Assembly (NCBI GenBank): GCA_947628755.1
Contig: CANRBC010000004.1
Location: 20,880 to 84,879, forward strand
Direction: 5' to 3'
Origin: an uncultured Clostridia bacterium
Lineage (GTDB): Bacteria > Bacillota > Clostridia > Lachnospirales > CAG-274
DNA length: 64,000 nt
Part shown: positions 1 to 8,889 of the stretch, in pieces
Layout: every line of letters begins with the position of its first letter
Position numbering within the stretch: position 1 is the stretch's first letter
Notes under the pieces: generated by a model
Databases searched by the model: none
Seen by the model: the letters and a program-made list of their open reading frames with translations, nothing else
What the model was told of the DNA's origin: nothing
Position numbers and translations under genes: made by a program

Positions 1-6
1 AAGGCA

Positions 7-351
7 TTGTCAAAGAAAGAAATATCTGCTTTGAGGCAGGAATACACAACAAGAAAGCCAGCCAAGGGCAAAAAAGGCAACTATATCATAAGCAACGGTC
101 AGCTTGTTTATGACGAGACATTTGACGCAGACGGCTTCAACGACGCTCTTATAGCAAAATCAATGGTATGTCCTAACCTTTACGACGAGGATTTGCAGAA
201 ATTCTACAATACTTATGCTGCAACAGAGCTCCTCAATGTTATGTTCAAAGGCGAGGATTATGATTATGTTGACGAGTGCTGTTCGAAGGCTTGCGGCTTT
301 ACCGACGCAGACGACGAAGACGAAAAGGTAATCAATGAATTAAAAAACTAA
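7..351 (+). CDS. Phage tail assembly chaperone (gpG-like), first ORF of a G/GT pair
   Basis: Small acidic ORF immediately upstream of the tape-measure gene. It ends one codon after an A_AAA_AAC heptamer. The frame is open from nt 1 and the listed start is TTG, so the true start may lie upstream of the window. Confidence 0.6.
   Translation: MSKKEISALRQEYTTRKPAKGKKGNYIISNGQLVYDETFDADGFNDALIAKSMVCPNLYDEDLQKFYNTYAATELLNVMFKGEDYDYVDECCSKACGFTDADDEDEKVINELKN
342..348 (+). promoter_or_regulatory. Candidate -1 programmed ribosomal frameshift site (slippery heptamer A_AAA_AAC)
   Basis: The zero frame of ORF 7..351 reads tt[A AAA AAC] TAA. A -1 slip continues cta-atg-agc, which is exactly the frame of ORF 351..533. 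Confidence 0.55.
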
Positions 352-533
352 TGAGCGGCGAAGACGGCGAAGCATTTTGGGCGCACGTTCTTTGGCAGAA
401 TAACGGCTTGCGTATGGAGGATTTTTTGTTAATGACAAAAAATCAACAATTAGCCTATATTGCAAGCTATATGCTTGAACGTGATAAGCCTGTAAACCGT
501 CATCACGCTTTTATTAAAGGCTTTTTTAAATAA
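351..533 (+). CDS. -1-frame extension (gpT-like part) of the tail chaperone, probably expressed as a 7..533 frameshift fusion
   Basis: A 60-aa ORF in the -1 frame relative to 7..351, overlapping it in TAATG. It has no convincing Shine-Dalgarno of its own and sits directly before the tape-measure gene. Confidence 0.5.
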   Translation: MSGEDGEAFWAHVLWQNNGLRMEDFLLMTKNQQLAYIASYMLERDKPVNRHHAFIKGFFK

Positions 534-549
534 TACGAGGAGGAATACT

Positions 550-3500
550 ATGGCTGGTAATAAAAAAACATTATCAACTGTGTTTAAGGCGGTAGACCAA
601 TTCTCAACCGTTGCCGCTAAAGTAGCCTCCGCAGGCGAAAAAGCGACGCAGAAACTTAAAACTCTGGAACAGCAGACAAAGCAAAAAATATCTGCTCCTG
701 GTCTTGAAACAACAGCGGACAAAATCGCCAACTCTTTTGGCAAAGCCGAAAAGAATGTCAGTACAAGCGTAAAGACTATGAACATAAACATAGAAAAAGG
801 ACTGTCAGGCGGCAAAATAACAATAACCGATACAGCCGATAAACTGGACGATTTGGGCGACGCTTTTGAAGCAGTATCAGACGAGGCAAAGGAACTGGGC
901 AATACAGCCGATAAATCGGGAAAAAGGGTAAAAGGCTTAGGCGACGACGCAGGCAAATCCCGTAAAGAAATTGAGGGCTTGGGCGATGGTGCAGACAAAG
1001 CCAAGAATAAAATCAACAATATGGGTACGACTGCCGAAAAAGCCCTAGCACTTGTAAAAGGTGCTGTAGCAGCCATAGGTATTGCAAAGGCTGTTGATAC
1101 GGTTCTTGATTATGGCTTTGATTCGCAAGAAAAATACACAGAGTTTCAGAAAGGAACCTCCGAAGTTAAGACTTTGTTAGCTGGGTCCTCTGCACAACAA
1201 TTAGCTGCCGTTGATACAGGAACAAGACAATTTGCCGCCGATAATGCTATGCTTACATCTGAGGTTACCCCTGCCCTTTATAATGCTATATCGGCAGGTG
1301 TTAGTCAAGAGAGTGCATTTGACTTTTTGAAATCGTCAAACGAATTGGCAGTCGGCGGCGTTGCGGAGCTTAACGATTCCGTAGCCGTGCTGACTACAAT
1401 AACAAACAACTACAAAAAGCAGGGATTGGAAGCCGCTACAGCGGCAGACCTTTTATTCACGACTGTTAAAAAAGGCGTTACAACAATCCCTGAACTGGCA
1501 AGCAGTTTAGGCGAGGTTGTTCCAGCGGCTTCGGCGAGCGGCGTTGCCTTTAAAGACGTAACGGCTGGTATGGCTACACTTACGGCAAGTCTGGGAGCAG
1601 GAAGCACCGCAAAAGCAACAACAAAGTTTCGCTCTATGCTTGACGAGCTTTCAACGACAGGTTCAGAAGTCGACAAGACTTTTAGAAGTATCGCAGGAAA
1701 AGGCTTTAACGAATTTATTGCGCAAGGAGGCACACTACAGGGAGCATTGTCTAAATTATCGGACTATGCCGATAAGAACAACGTATCAATCAAGGAGCTT
1801 TTTAGCTCTGTAGAAGCAGGCGGCGCAGCGTTGATACTTGGCTCAACGGGTGCTGAAACCTTTTCGCAGAACATTGACGCTATGGCAAATTCCGCAGGTG
1901 CAGCAACAGAGGCTTACCGTACAATGCAGCAGACAGACGACTATCTCAATAAGCAACTTGCGTCAAAAATGGAATCAATGTCCCTAAACGTGGGCGAAGA
2001 AATGGCTGCGGCAACTCGACCGTTGAAAGAAACGATTATTGAGAATATGCCTATGATTGAGAATATCGTAACTAACTTCTTTTCTCTTGTTTCAAGTGGC
2101 ATAGAAAGCATAAACGTTAGTGCGCCTGCCGTACTCAGTCACATTAATTCGGGACTTGAATTAATAAACAATAACGGCGGCAAGGTCAAGACGTTATTAG
2201 GCGGTATTGTAGGTATGCTCATAGCCAGCAAGACAATTAAGGGCATAAGCACTATTACTGGCGGCATAAGTGACTTTTTGTTTATGTCAGGAAAGCTCCC
2301 AGCCATAAGCAGCGGACTTGCAACAGCGTCTTTGGGTATAGAGAGCATTGCCCTGCCATTAACCTTAGCTGCGGGAGCAATAGCAGCGGTAGTTGTAGGA
2401 GTTAAGGCTTATGACAAATGGGCTAGAGAAAAGTCCATAGAGGAGCACTTTGGTGACATTACCCTTTCTGTATCTGAAATGGAGGATATGGCAAACAAGG
2501 TTGTGGCAAATGGCAATATGGATAAAATTCGCAACACTTTGAGCGAATTTGAAAAACTTGACAACGCAAAGGACAATATCAACAATATCACAAGCGAGCT
2601 CGATAAGCTCAACTGGAAAGTTGGTTTGGGTATAGAACTTACAGCGGACGAAAACGAAAGCTATAAAACAGATATTGATAATTATCTAAAATCCGTAAGC
2701 GACTATATTGAGCAGAACCATTATAGTACAACCTTAGCTATTGATATGCTTTTTACAAACGATACAGAAACAGGTAAAGCTATTACTGACAAGCTCAACT
2801 CTTTTTATGACAGCAAAAAAACGGAGCTCGAAACTCTTGGCGGCAAACTGAGAGACGCTGTCAACGACGCTTACAAAGACGGTTTATTGACATTTGACGA
2901 AGTGGAAAAAATAAACGAAATCAGAAGTCAGATAGCAAAAGTAGAAGCCTCTATTGCAGAAGATAAGCTCAAGGGCGGTTTAGCAGGAGCAACAGCCGAC
3001 TATTCTTACAAAGAGCTTACTCTTGATTCCGCGAAAGAATATAGCGATACCATCAAGAGCTTTACAGATGAAGCAATAGACGCAGCCACTCAGTCAAGAG
3101 ACTTGGCGCTCAGTAAATCTGCTTTATCTCAAGCTGATAAAGACGCAATTAACCTGAACTTTCTTGCCACAAAAGGAAGCTATATCGCACAATCAACTAC
3201 TGAGGCAAACCGTATGATTAATGATACTTACGCAGAGGAACTTTCGGAAGGATACGGACGTTGGCAGCAAATAAATCTTTCAAAAGCCTACCAAGCTCCA
3301 ACAGAGCTTTTTAATACAGGCGATACCGCAAAAGCCTATCAAGAACTATTATTCGAAATTGGACAAAGCTCTTCGAATTTAGGGGCTGCATTTACTACAT
3401 CTTTTAAAGACAGTGATAGAAAGGTTGCAGCGGAGCTTTTTGAGCAAATGAAGCCTGAAAGAGAAGATTTGATTGATATTAGCAAGTCCTATATAGACGC

Positions 3501-4374
3501 AGGCAAAACAATTCCTGAAAGCATAAGAAAAGGCGTACTTGACAATGCAAAAGTCGGTATGGCTATCGGCGATATAGATTCGCTCTATACACTTATTGCC
3601 TATAGGTCTTCTCTCGACAATCCCGAATTTGTTAATATAATCAAAAATGCACAAGCCAGCGGTCAGTATATACCTGACTACATACGCCTTGGCGTAGAGC
3701 TTGCAACGCCAAACGCTCTTTCGGCAATCGAAACCGAAACGAATAAACTTGTAACAGGAGCGGTCAATGAAATTGACAACGGACAGGGACAGCTTAACTC
3801 AGGCGGTCAGAGAATGGGCGAATACATTGCACAAGGCGCAGAAGCGGGCTTTAATTCCGCTTCGTCAAAAATTCTGCAAAGAGCTTCACAATTTGTAGCT
3901 TCCATTTCAAATATGCTTAGTTTTAGCACTGATATAACAACAAAGTCCGATGGCACTACATCAACCTTTGGAACAGAAGTAGAAAATATGCTCAAACCAA
4001 AGTTTAGTGCAACAGGCGGCATATTTGACAGCCCTACCCTTACATGGGTAGCCGAAGCAGGAGACAGAGAGGCTATTATACCGCTTAATGATACTCAAAG
4101 AGCTTTTGACCTTTGGCAAGAAACGGGACTTGCTATAGGCGCTATGAAAGATACAAAAGCCGCATTGAGCAGTTTTAGCGGAGGACAGAGCGAGCCTGTA
4201 AGCTCTCAGAAGTCAATCACAATCAAACTGGAAGGCGGCGGCGAAATCAAAATACCAAAGTCTCTAAGCAAACAAGAAGTATATGATATGCTTGTAAACA
4301 ATATCAAACCTATATTGCTTGACATCATAAGTCAGGAATTATTTGAGGGTGGTGACGAACAATTTGCAATATAA
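550..4374 (+). CDS. Phage tail tape measure protein (1274 aa)
   Basis: Very long, Ala/Gly/Ser/Lys-rich, helical protein with an internal hydrophobic glycine-rich segment. It follows the chaperone pair and has the RBS aggagg. The C-terminal motif GGIFDSPTLTWVAEAGDREAIIPL is typical of tape-measure proteins. Confidence 0.9.
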   Translation: MAGNKKTLSTVFKAVDQFSTVAAKVASAGEKATQKLKTLEQQTKQKISAPGLETTADKIANSFGKAEKNVSTSVKTMNINIEKGLSGGKITITDTADKLDDLGDAFEAVSDEAKELGNTADKSGKRVKGLGDDAGKSRKEIEGLGDGADKAKNKINNMGTTAEKALALVKGAVAAIGIAKAVDTVLDYGFDSQEKYTEFQKGTSEVKTLLAGSSAQQLAAVDTGTRQFAADNAMLTSEVTPALYNAISAGVSQESAFDFLKSSNELAVGGVAELNDSVAVLTTITNNYKKQGLEAATAADLLFTTVKKGVTTIPELASSLGEVVPAASASGVAFKDVTAGMATLTASLGAGSTAKATTKFRSMLDELSTTGSEVDKTFRSIAGKGFNEFIAQGGTLQGALSKLSDYADKNNVSIKELFSSVEAGGAALILGSTGAETFSQNIDAMANSAGAATEAYRTMQQTDDYLNKQLASKMESMSLNVGEEMAAATRPLKETIIENMPMIENIVTNFFSLVSSGIESINVSAPAVLSHINSGLELINNNGGKVKTLLGGIVGMLIASKTIKGISTITGGISDFLFMSGKLPAISSGLATASLGIESIALPLTLAAGAIAAVVVGVKAYDKWAREKSIEEHFGDITLSVSEMEDMANKVVANGNMDKIRNTLSEFEKLDNAKDNINNITSELDKLNWKVGLGIELTADENESYKTDIDNYLKSVSDYIEQNHYSTTLAIDMLFTNDTETGKAITDKLNSFYDSKKTELETLGGKLRDAVNDAYKDGLLTFDEVEKINEIRSQIAKVEASIAEDKLKGGLAGATADYSYKELTLDSAKEYSDTIKSFTDEAIDAATQSRDLALSKSALSQADKDAINLNFLATKGSYIAQSTTEANRMINDTYAEELSEGYGRWQQINLSKAYQAPTELFNTGDTAKAYQELLFEIGQSSSNLGAAFTTSFKDSDRKVAAELFEQMKPEREDLIDISKSYIDAGKTIPESIRKGVLDNAKVGMAIGDIDSLYTLIAYRSSLDNPEFVNIIKNAQASGQYIPDYIRLGVELATPNALSAIETETNKLVTGAVNEIDNGQGQLNSGGQRMGEYIAQGAEAGFNSASSKILQRASQFVASISNMLSFSTDITTKSDGTTSTFGTEVENMLKPKFSATGGIFDSPTLTWVAEAGDREAIIPLNDTQRAFDLWQETGLAIGAMKDTKAALSSFSGGQSEPVSSQKSITIKLEGGGEIKIPKSLSKQEVYDMLVNNIKPILLDIISQELFEGGDEQFAI

Positions 4375-5038
4375 TGATGTTTTTATGTTCATAAGCTGCA
4401 ATGTTGAGACGGATTGCTTTTTATTTCCTGTTTTGCCCGAGAAAATATCTTACAGCGACAGCATAAAAAACACATCTGTCAACATTGTATCTTTAGGCGA
4501 AACAACAGTAATTGAATGTAAGGGCGCAGATACAATCTCCTTTTCTTCCCGTTTTCCTGCTGTCCGAGACCAAGCCGTTGTGGTAGACCAACTTTTCACT
4601 CCCTCTTATTACAGAGATAAGCTTGAAAAATGGAGGGATTTACAAAAGCCAGTGCATTTTGTATGCACAAGCGCACTTGATATAAACGATTATTATACCA
4701 TAGAGGATTTGTCATACTCAGAAGAGGGCGGTCCTGTCGGCGAAATAGCCTTTACAATCAAACTTAAATTATACAGACCTCCCACAATCCGCAAAATAGA
4801 CTTGTCGCCAAAAGACAATACCGTTGCGGAGGTAACGACAGATACGGGCAGAGTTGACAACACAATAAAGCCCAGCACATATACTGTTGTAAGCGGTGAT
4901 ACTCTTGCTAAAATCGCAAAAGCAAAGCTCGGCAGTATAAGCAAGTATAAAGATATTTACGAGCTTAACAAGGATATCATAAAAGACCCGAATAAAATCT
5001 ATCCTGGGCAAGTGCTGAAAATGCCAACGGATAAATAA
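4343..5038 (+). CDS. LysM-domain tail protein (XkdP-like)
   Basis: C-terminal LysM motif YTVVSGDTLAKIAKAKLGSISKYKDIYELNKDIIKDPNKIYPGQVLKMP. It sits directly after the tape measure, as in PBSX. The start is uncertain (TTG 4343, or ATG 4385). Confidence 0.75.
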   Translation: MRVVTNNLQYNDVFMFISCNVETDCFLFPVLPEKISYSDSIKNTSVNIVSLGETTVIECKGADTISFSSRFPAVRDQAVVVDQLFTPSYYRDKLEKWRDLQKPVHFVCTSALDINDYYTIEDLSYSEEGGPVGEIAFTIKLKLYRPPTIRKIDLSPKDNTVAEVTTDTGRVDNTIKPSTYTVVSGDTLAKIAKAKLGSISKYKDIYELNKDIIKDPNKIYPGQVLKMPTDK

Positions 5039-5051
5039 AGGGGGTGTTGCT

Positions 5052-6449
5052 ATGCTCAATATGACAATTACACAGGCGCAACAGCAATATGATATTTCTA
5101 ACTGTGTTACTTCTGTGAAATGGAGCGGCAGAAAAGGCAGCCCTACAAGACAGATAAACGTCGAAGTCCTTGACGATACGCTATATTGGTCTAAATTGGG
5201 GCTGGAGTGGGAAATATTAAAAGGATTAAGGGTAAGTTTCAAATGGAACGACGAGGAACTGTTTAAGGGGCTTATAACCGATACAAGCCAAAGCAATTCC
5301 GCAACAATGAGCTTTACTGCTTATGATTACGGTATCTACTTGTCAAATTCGAGCAACACTTTTGTCTATACAAAAAAGACATTGAGCGAAATTGTCATAG
5401 ATTGCTGTCAAAGAGCTGGCGTTGCTTATGATGTTATTGCCCAGTCTGATTACAAGATACCCGATATAACTATGCCAACGGCTAAATATTGGGACGTTAT
5501 TCAGTCTGCAATAAAGAGCACGAAGCAACAGACAGGCAAAGAATATTATATATTATTCTCTGACAATGCCTGCCACCTTTTTGACCGTCGGGATAGGCTC
5601 TTACAATGGGTAGTCTCAACAAAAGAAAATATACTTAATTTTTCCTATACAAACTCGATACAAAAAACCAAAACAAGGGTCAAATTGATAGACAGTAAGC
5701 AAAAGGTTGTTGTTATGAAAAACGACCAAGAGCTTGAAAGTCTTATAGGTTGCTTTCAGGACGTGCAGCAGCCCGACGACGGCAACACAAAGAAAGACCT
5801 TGAAAAATGTGCAGAACGTCTTTTGAACGTGCAAAAAATACCGCAGCGAGCCCTGTCAATGACAGCTTTGGGAATAACAGAAGCAATATCTGGTAACTGC
5901 ATATACGTTATGATAGACCGCCTCAACTGGGGCAGGTCTTTTTTTATAGACGAGGACACTCATACATTTAAAGGAAATTATCACGAAATGAGCTTAAAAA
6001 TAAACCTTTGCGGCGACAATATGAGTGATGATGTATCTGCAATAATGGCTGATTATAAGATTGAAAAATCTAACTCAGGTAAGAGCGGCAGTAAGGCATT
6101 TATAGAGCTTGCATTGCAGCAAGTTGGCAAGCCATATATATTCGGCGCAAAAGGTCCTAAGTCATTTGATTGCAGCGGTCTTGTTACATATTGTCTGCAA
6201 CATACAGACAGACCGAGTATAGGTGCTGCCGACGCTCAGACATTATATGGTATGTGCAATAAGGTTACAACGCCTGTTGCTGGCGACCTTGTGTTTTTTA
6301 CAGGCACATACAAAACACCTAAATACATTACACACGTTGGCATATATTTAGGCAACAACAGAATGGTTGCGGCAGAGGGTAAAAGCGTACAAACGTCAAC
6401 AAATCCTTCAGGGCGCTCTGGTTTCGTCTCATACGGGCGTTTGAAGTGA
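5052..6449 (+). CDS. XkdQ/gpD-like tail hub protein with C-terminal NlpC/P60 endopeptidase domain
   Basis: The N-terminal two thirds resemble the XkdQ/YqbQ family by position and size. The C-terminus carries NlpC/P60 catalytic signatures: FDCSGLVTYC ... HVGIYLGNNRMVAAEG. Confidence 0.75.
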   Translation: MLNMTITQAQQQYDISNCVTSVKWSGRKGSPTRQINVEVLDDTLYWSKLGLEWEILKGLRVSFKWNDEELFKGLITDTSQSNSATMSFTAYDYGIYLSNSSNTFVYTKKTLSEIVIDCCQRAGVAYDVIAQSDYKIPDITMPTAKYWDVIQSAIKSTKQQTGKEYYILFSDNACHLFDRRDRLLQWVVSTKENILNFSYTNSIQKTKTRVKLIDSKQKVVVMKNDQELESLIGCFQDVQQPDDGNTKKDLEKCAERLLNVQKIPQRALSMTALGITEAISGNCIYVMIDRLNWGRSFFIDEDTHTFKGNYHEMSLKINLCGDNMSDDVSAIMADYKIEKSNSGKSGSKAFIELALQQVGKPYIFGAKGPKSFDCSGLVTYCLQHTDRPSIGAADAQTLYGMCNKVTTPVAGDLVFFTGTYKTPKYITHVGIYLGNNRMVAAEGKSVQTSTNPSGRSGFVSYGRLK

Positions 6450-6463
6450 AAAGGAGGAATTAT

Positions 6464-6796
6464 ATGGCTGAAAAACCAAACGGGCTTGTAGAGGCTATTA
6501 AGGGGCTAAATGGCAACACTTATAAAGTGCGCTATTTAGAGGCTCACGTTACACAGGAATTTCCCTTGACGTTACAAGCCGAGACAGATAATGCACTGAT
6601 AATTGGCGATAACAATTTACTTCCTAAGCCCGTACACTTATCAACAGTATTGCAAAACGCAGTTATTTACAGCGGTGAGGAACAATATGAAGTGCAGATT
6701 GAGATTGATAACAATATCAAGGCTGACGATTTACTCCTACTACTTGAATTCAACAGCGGAAATACGTGCAAATACCTTATTTTAGATAAAATTTAA
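6464..6796 (+). CDS. Small baseplate-module protein (XkdR-like position)
   Basis: 110-aa ORF with a strong RBS (aaaggagg, 6 nt before ATG 6464). Its synteny slot lies between the XkdQ-like and gp25-like genes. Confidence 0.5.
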   Translation: MAEKPNGLVEAIKGLNGNTYKVRYLEAHVTQEFPLTLQAETDNALIIGDNNLLPKPVHLSTVLQNAVIYSGEEQYEVQIEIDNNIKADDLLLLLEFNSGNTCKYLILDKI

Positions 6797-6808
6797 GGGG
6801 GTTTTTAT

Positions 6809-7225
6809 TTGATTTCCATTAACACTACCGCTACAATCATTAACGAGATTGCCGAAAAACCCAGCAGAACTTACGGACTGGACTTAGACAAAGGGCGTAT
6901 CATAGGGCGAATTGACAACGCAGAAGCTATAAATTTATATATTCGTAAAGCAATTATAACTCCTCGCTTCGGCTGCCTCATTTATTCGAGTGACTATGGC
7001 AGCGAAATAGAGGCTGTGCTTACTTCCAACGGTTGGAACAGGGAAGTTGCTAAAAAGCTATTGCCAAAGCTGATAAAAGACGCTCTTTGCGATAAGCGGA
7101 TAATAAATGTATACGATTTTACTTTTGAAGACGGGAACAAGAGTGAGGATTGTTTAAACGTCAGCTTTAAAGCTGATACCATTTTTGGCACTACAGAGAT
7201 AAAGGAGGCGATAAGACTTGTTTGA
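6809..7225 (+). CDS. Baseplate wedge protein (gp25/W-like, XkdS-like)
   Basis: TTG start after aaggggg. The motif region RIIGRIDNAEAINLYIRKAIITPRFGCLIYSSDYGSEIEAVL resembles the GPW/gp25 family. It lies upstream of the baseplate J gene. Confidence 0.6.
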   Translation: MISINTTATIINEIAEKPSRTYGLDLDKGRIIGRIDNAEAINLYIRKAIITPRFGCLIYSSDYGSEIEAVLTSNGWNREVAKKLLPKLIKDALCDKRIINVYDFTFEDGNKSEDCLNVSFKADTIFGTTEIKEAIRLV

Positions 7226-8330
7226 GGAATATACTTATGAAAGTATGCTGAAAGAAGCGGTAAGCAATGCTGACGAGGATATAGACACGAGAGAGGGCAG
7301 CGTATTTCTGGACTGCGTATCGCCTTGTATGCTTATGTTAGCGATGTGCTTTACACAGGCAGGCATAATGTACGACCAGTTACAATTACGCAGTGCAACA
7401 GGCGAGGCATTAGACCTTAAAGGCAGCGAGCGTCTTATGGACAGAGCAGCCGCAACGAGGGCTGAGTATAGATTTGTATACAGCGGCGAGCCTCCCGATG
7501 TAGGAGCAACATTCTATTCTGAGGACGGCTTATATTTCACGCTGTTGCAGTATGATGATGATACATACTATCTTGAAAGCGTTGATACAGGCACTCAGAC
7601 CAATACCATATTAAAAGGCAGCAAGGCAATACCCGTTGAAACATATATGGAGCTTAAGGCTGCCAGCTTTGGCGATTTGCTTATTCCAGCAAGGGACGAA
7701 GCAACGGACGAGGAATACAGGCAGACTATTTATGACAATCTTATTCCAGGTGAAAATGGCAATGTGCAGCATTACAAGAACTGGTGCAAAGAGGCAGACG
7801 AGGGTGTAAGCCACGCAAGAATTATTCCTTGTCATGCAGGTGCAAATACAGTATTGGGAATAATTATCGCAGCTGACGGTACAGCGGCAAGCCCTGAATT
7901 ACTCGCTAAAGTACAGGAGTATGTAGACCCAGACAATGACGGTGACGGAATGGGGGACGGACTAGGAGAAGGAGTTGCAAATTTAGGCGCACACTTTACA
8001 GCAGAAGCTCCGCAGTATAGAGTGATACCAATTACATTATCCTCTGTTGCTTTAAAGAGCGGGTATTCAATACAAACAGCACTTAGCACGGTTCAAGATT
8101 GCATAAAAGATTATTTTGTAGAGTTGTCTTTAAAGGAAAACGACACAATTGTAATAAATGCCTCTGAGGTAGGTGCAAAGATACAAGCCCTTGACTGTAT
8201 GGAAAGCTACCAAGTTATATCTCTTGATGCAAGAGATAATGACATACTATATAAATGCGAACTTACAAATAGAGAAATACCAAAGTTAGGGAGGATTGAT
8301 ATAGATGGCACAGTTTCTTCCATTACCTGA
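7218..8330 (+). CDS. Baseplate J-like protein (XkdT/gpJ-like)
   Basis: 370 aa. The N-terminus (...DIDTREGSVFLDCVSP...) is typical of the Baseplate_J family. RBS aaaggagg with a TTG start. Conserved synteny. Confidence 0.8.
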   Translation: MFEEYTYESMLKEAVSNADEDIDTREGSVFLDCVSPCMLMLAMCFTQAGIMYDQLQLRSATGEALDLKGSERLMDRAAATRAEYRFVYSGEPPDVGATFYSEDGLYFTLLQYDDDTYYLESVDTGTQTNTILKGSKAIPVETYMELKAASFGDLLIPARDEATDEEYRQTIYDNLIPGENGNVQHYKNWCKEADEGVSHARIIPCHAGANTVLGIIIAADGTAASPELLAKVQEYVDPDNDGDGMGDGLGEGVANLGAHFTAEAPQYRVIPITLSSVALKSGYSIQTALSTVQDCIKDYFVELSLKENDTIVINASEVGAKIQALDCMESYQVISLDARDNDILYKCELTNREIPKLGRIDIDGTVSSIT

Positions 8331-8886
8331 AAATGGTTTCACAGAGGAACTATTGAGCTTTGCGCCTCGATTTTATAGAGATATTAAAGAGTATGTAGAA
8401 ATACAAAAGGTACTAGCTACAGTTGTAGACAAATTATATCTTGCTTTTGAGGAAGCAGCGGCAGATAGTAATGTTGTTACTTGCTCTGAGAATGTTATAG
8501 CTTTCTTTGAAAATGTAATCGGTATTGATTATTCCGAGGAGAGAACTCTTGAAGAGCGCAGAAGACTTGTACTTGTATATATTAATATATTTGGCAAACT
8601 GTCGGCAACCAAAATTAAAAATGCTATCAGTTACTATACAGGAGCGGAAGTGGATGTCAGATTTACAAAAAAAGACGAAAAAGGAAACCATATCTTAGAA
8701 ATAGAATGTTACCGAGGCACTATCAATCGTATGTTTTTAGACGATATTGCCCTACTGCTCAAAAAAGTTGTTCCTGCGCATTTGCTTTTACAATTTAGTG
8801 TATCGATAAAACCATGTAAGGACTTGTACTGTGGAGTATTACCACAAATAAAAGAGGACATTACAGTTTACGGGAAGGAGGTATAA
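8305..8886 (+). CDS. Tail protein, gpI/XkdU-like (DUF2313-like)
   Basis: 193 aa, overlapping the end of the J-like gene. Motif ...FYRDIKEYVEIQKVL...IGIDYSEERTLEERRRLV. It occupies the P2 gpI slot. Confidence 0.65.
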   Translation: MAQFLPLPENGFTEELLSFAPRFYRDIKEYVEIQKVLATVVDKLYLAFEEAAADSNVVTCSENVIAFFENVIGIDYSEERTLEERRRLVLVYINIFGKLSATKIKNAISYYTGAEVDVRFTKKDEKGNHILEIECYRGTINRMFLDDIALLLKKVVPAHLLLQFSVSIKPCKDLYCGVLPQIKEDITVYGKEV

Positions 8887-8889
8887 AAA

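Noticed and set aside
450-1076. 208-aa ORF on the - strand inside the tape-measure gene, and similar - strand ORFs at 1410..1733, 2139..2348, 2409..2612, 3379..3654 and 3807..4022.
   Set aside because: They are antisense shadows of a long, well-supported + strand gene. Their composition is low-complexity Ser/Ala/Leu/Phe-rich, they have no RBS, and they have no room for their own regulatory signals.
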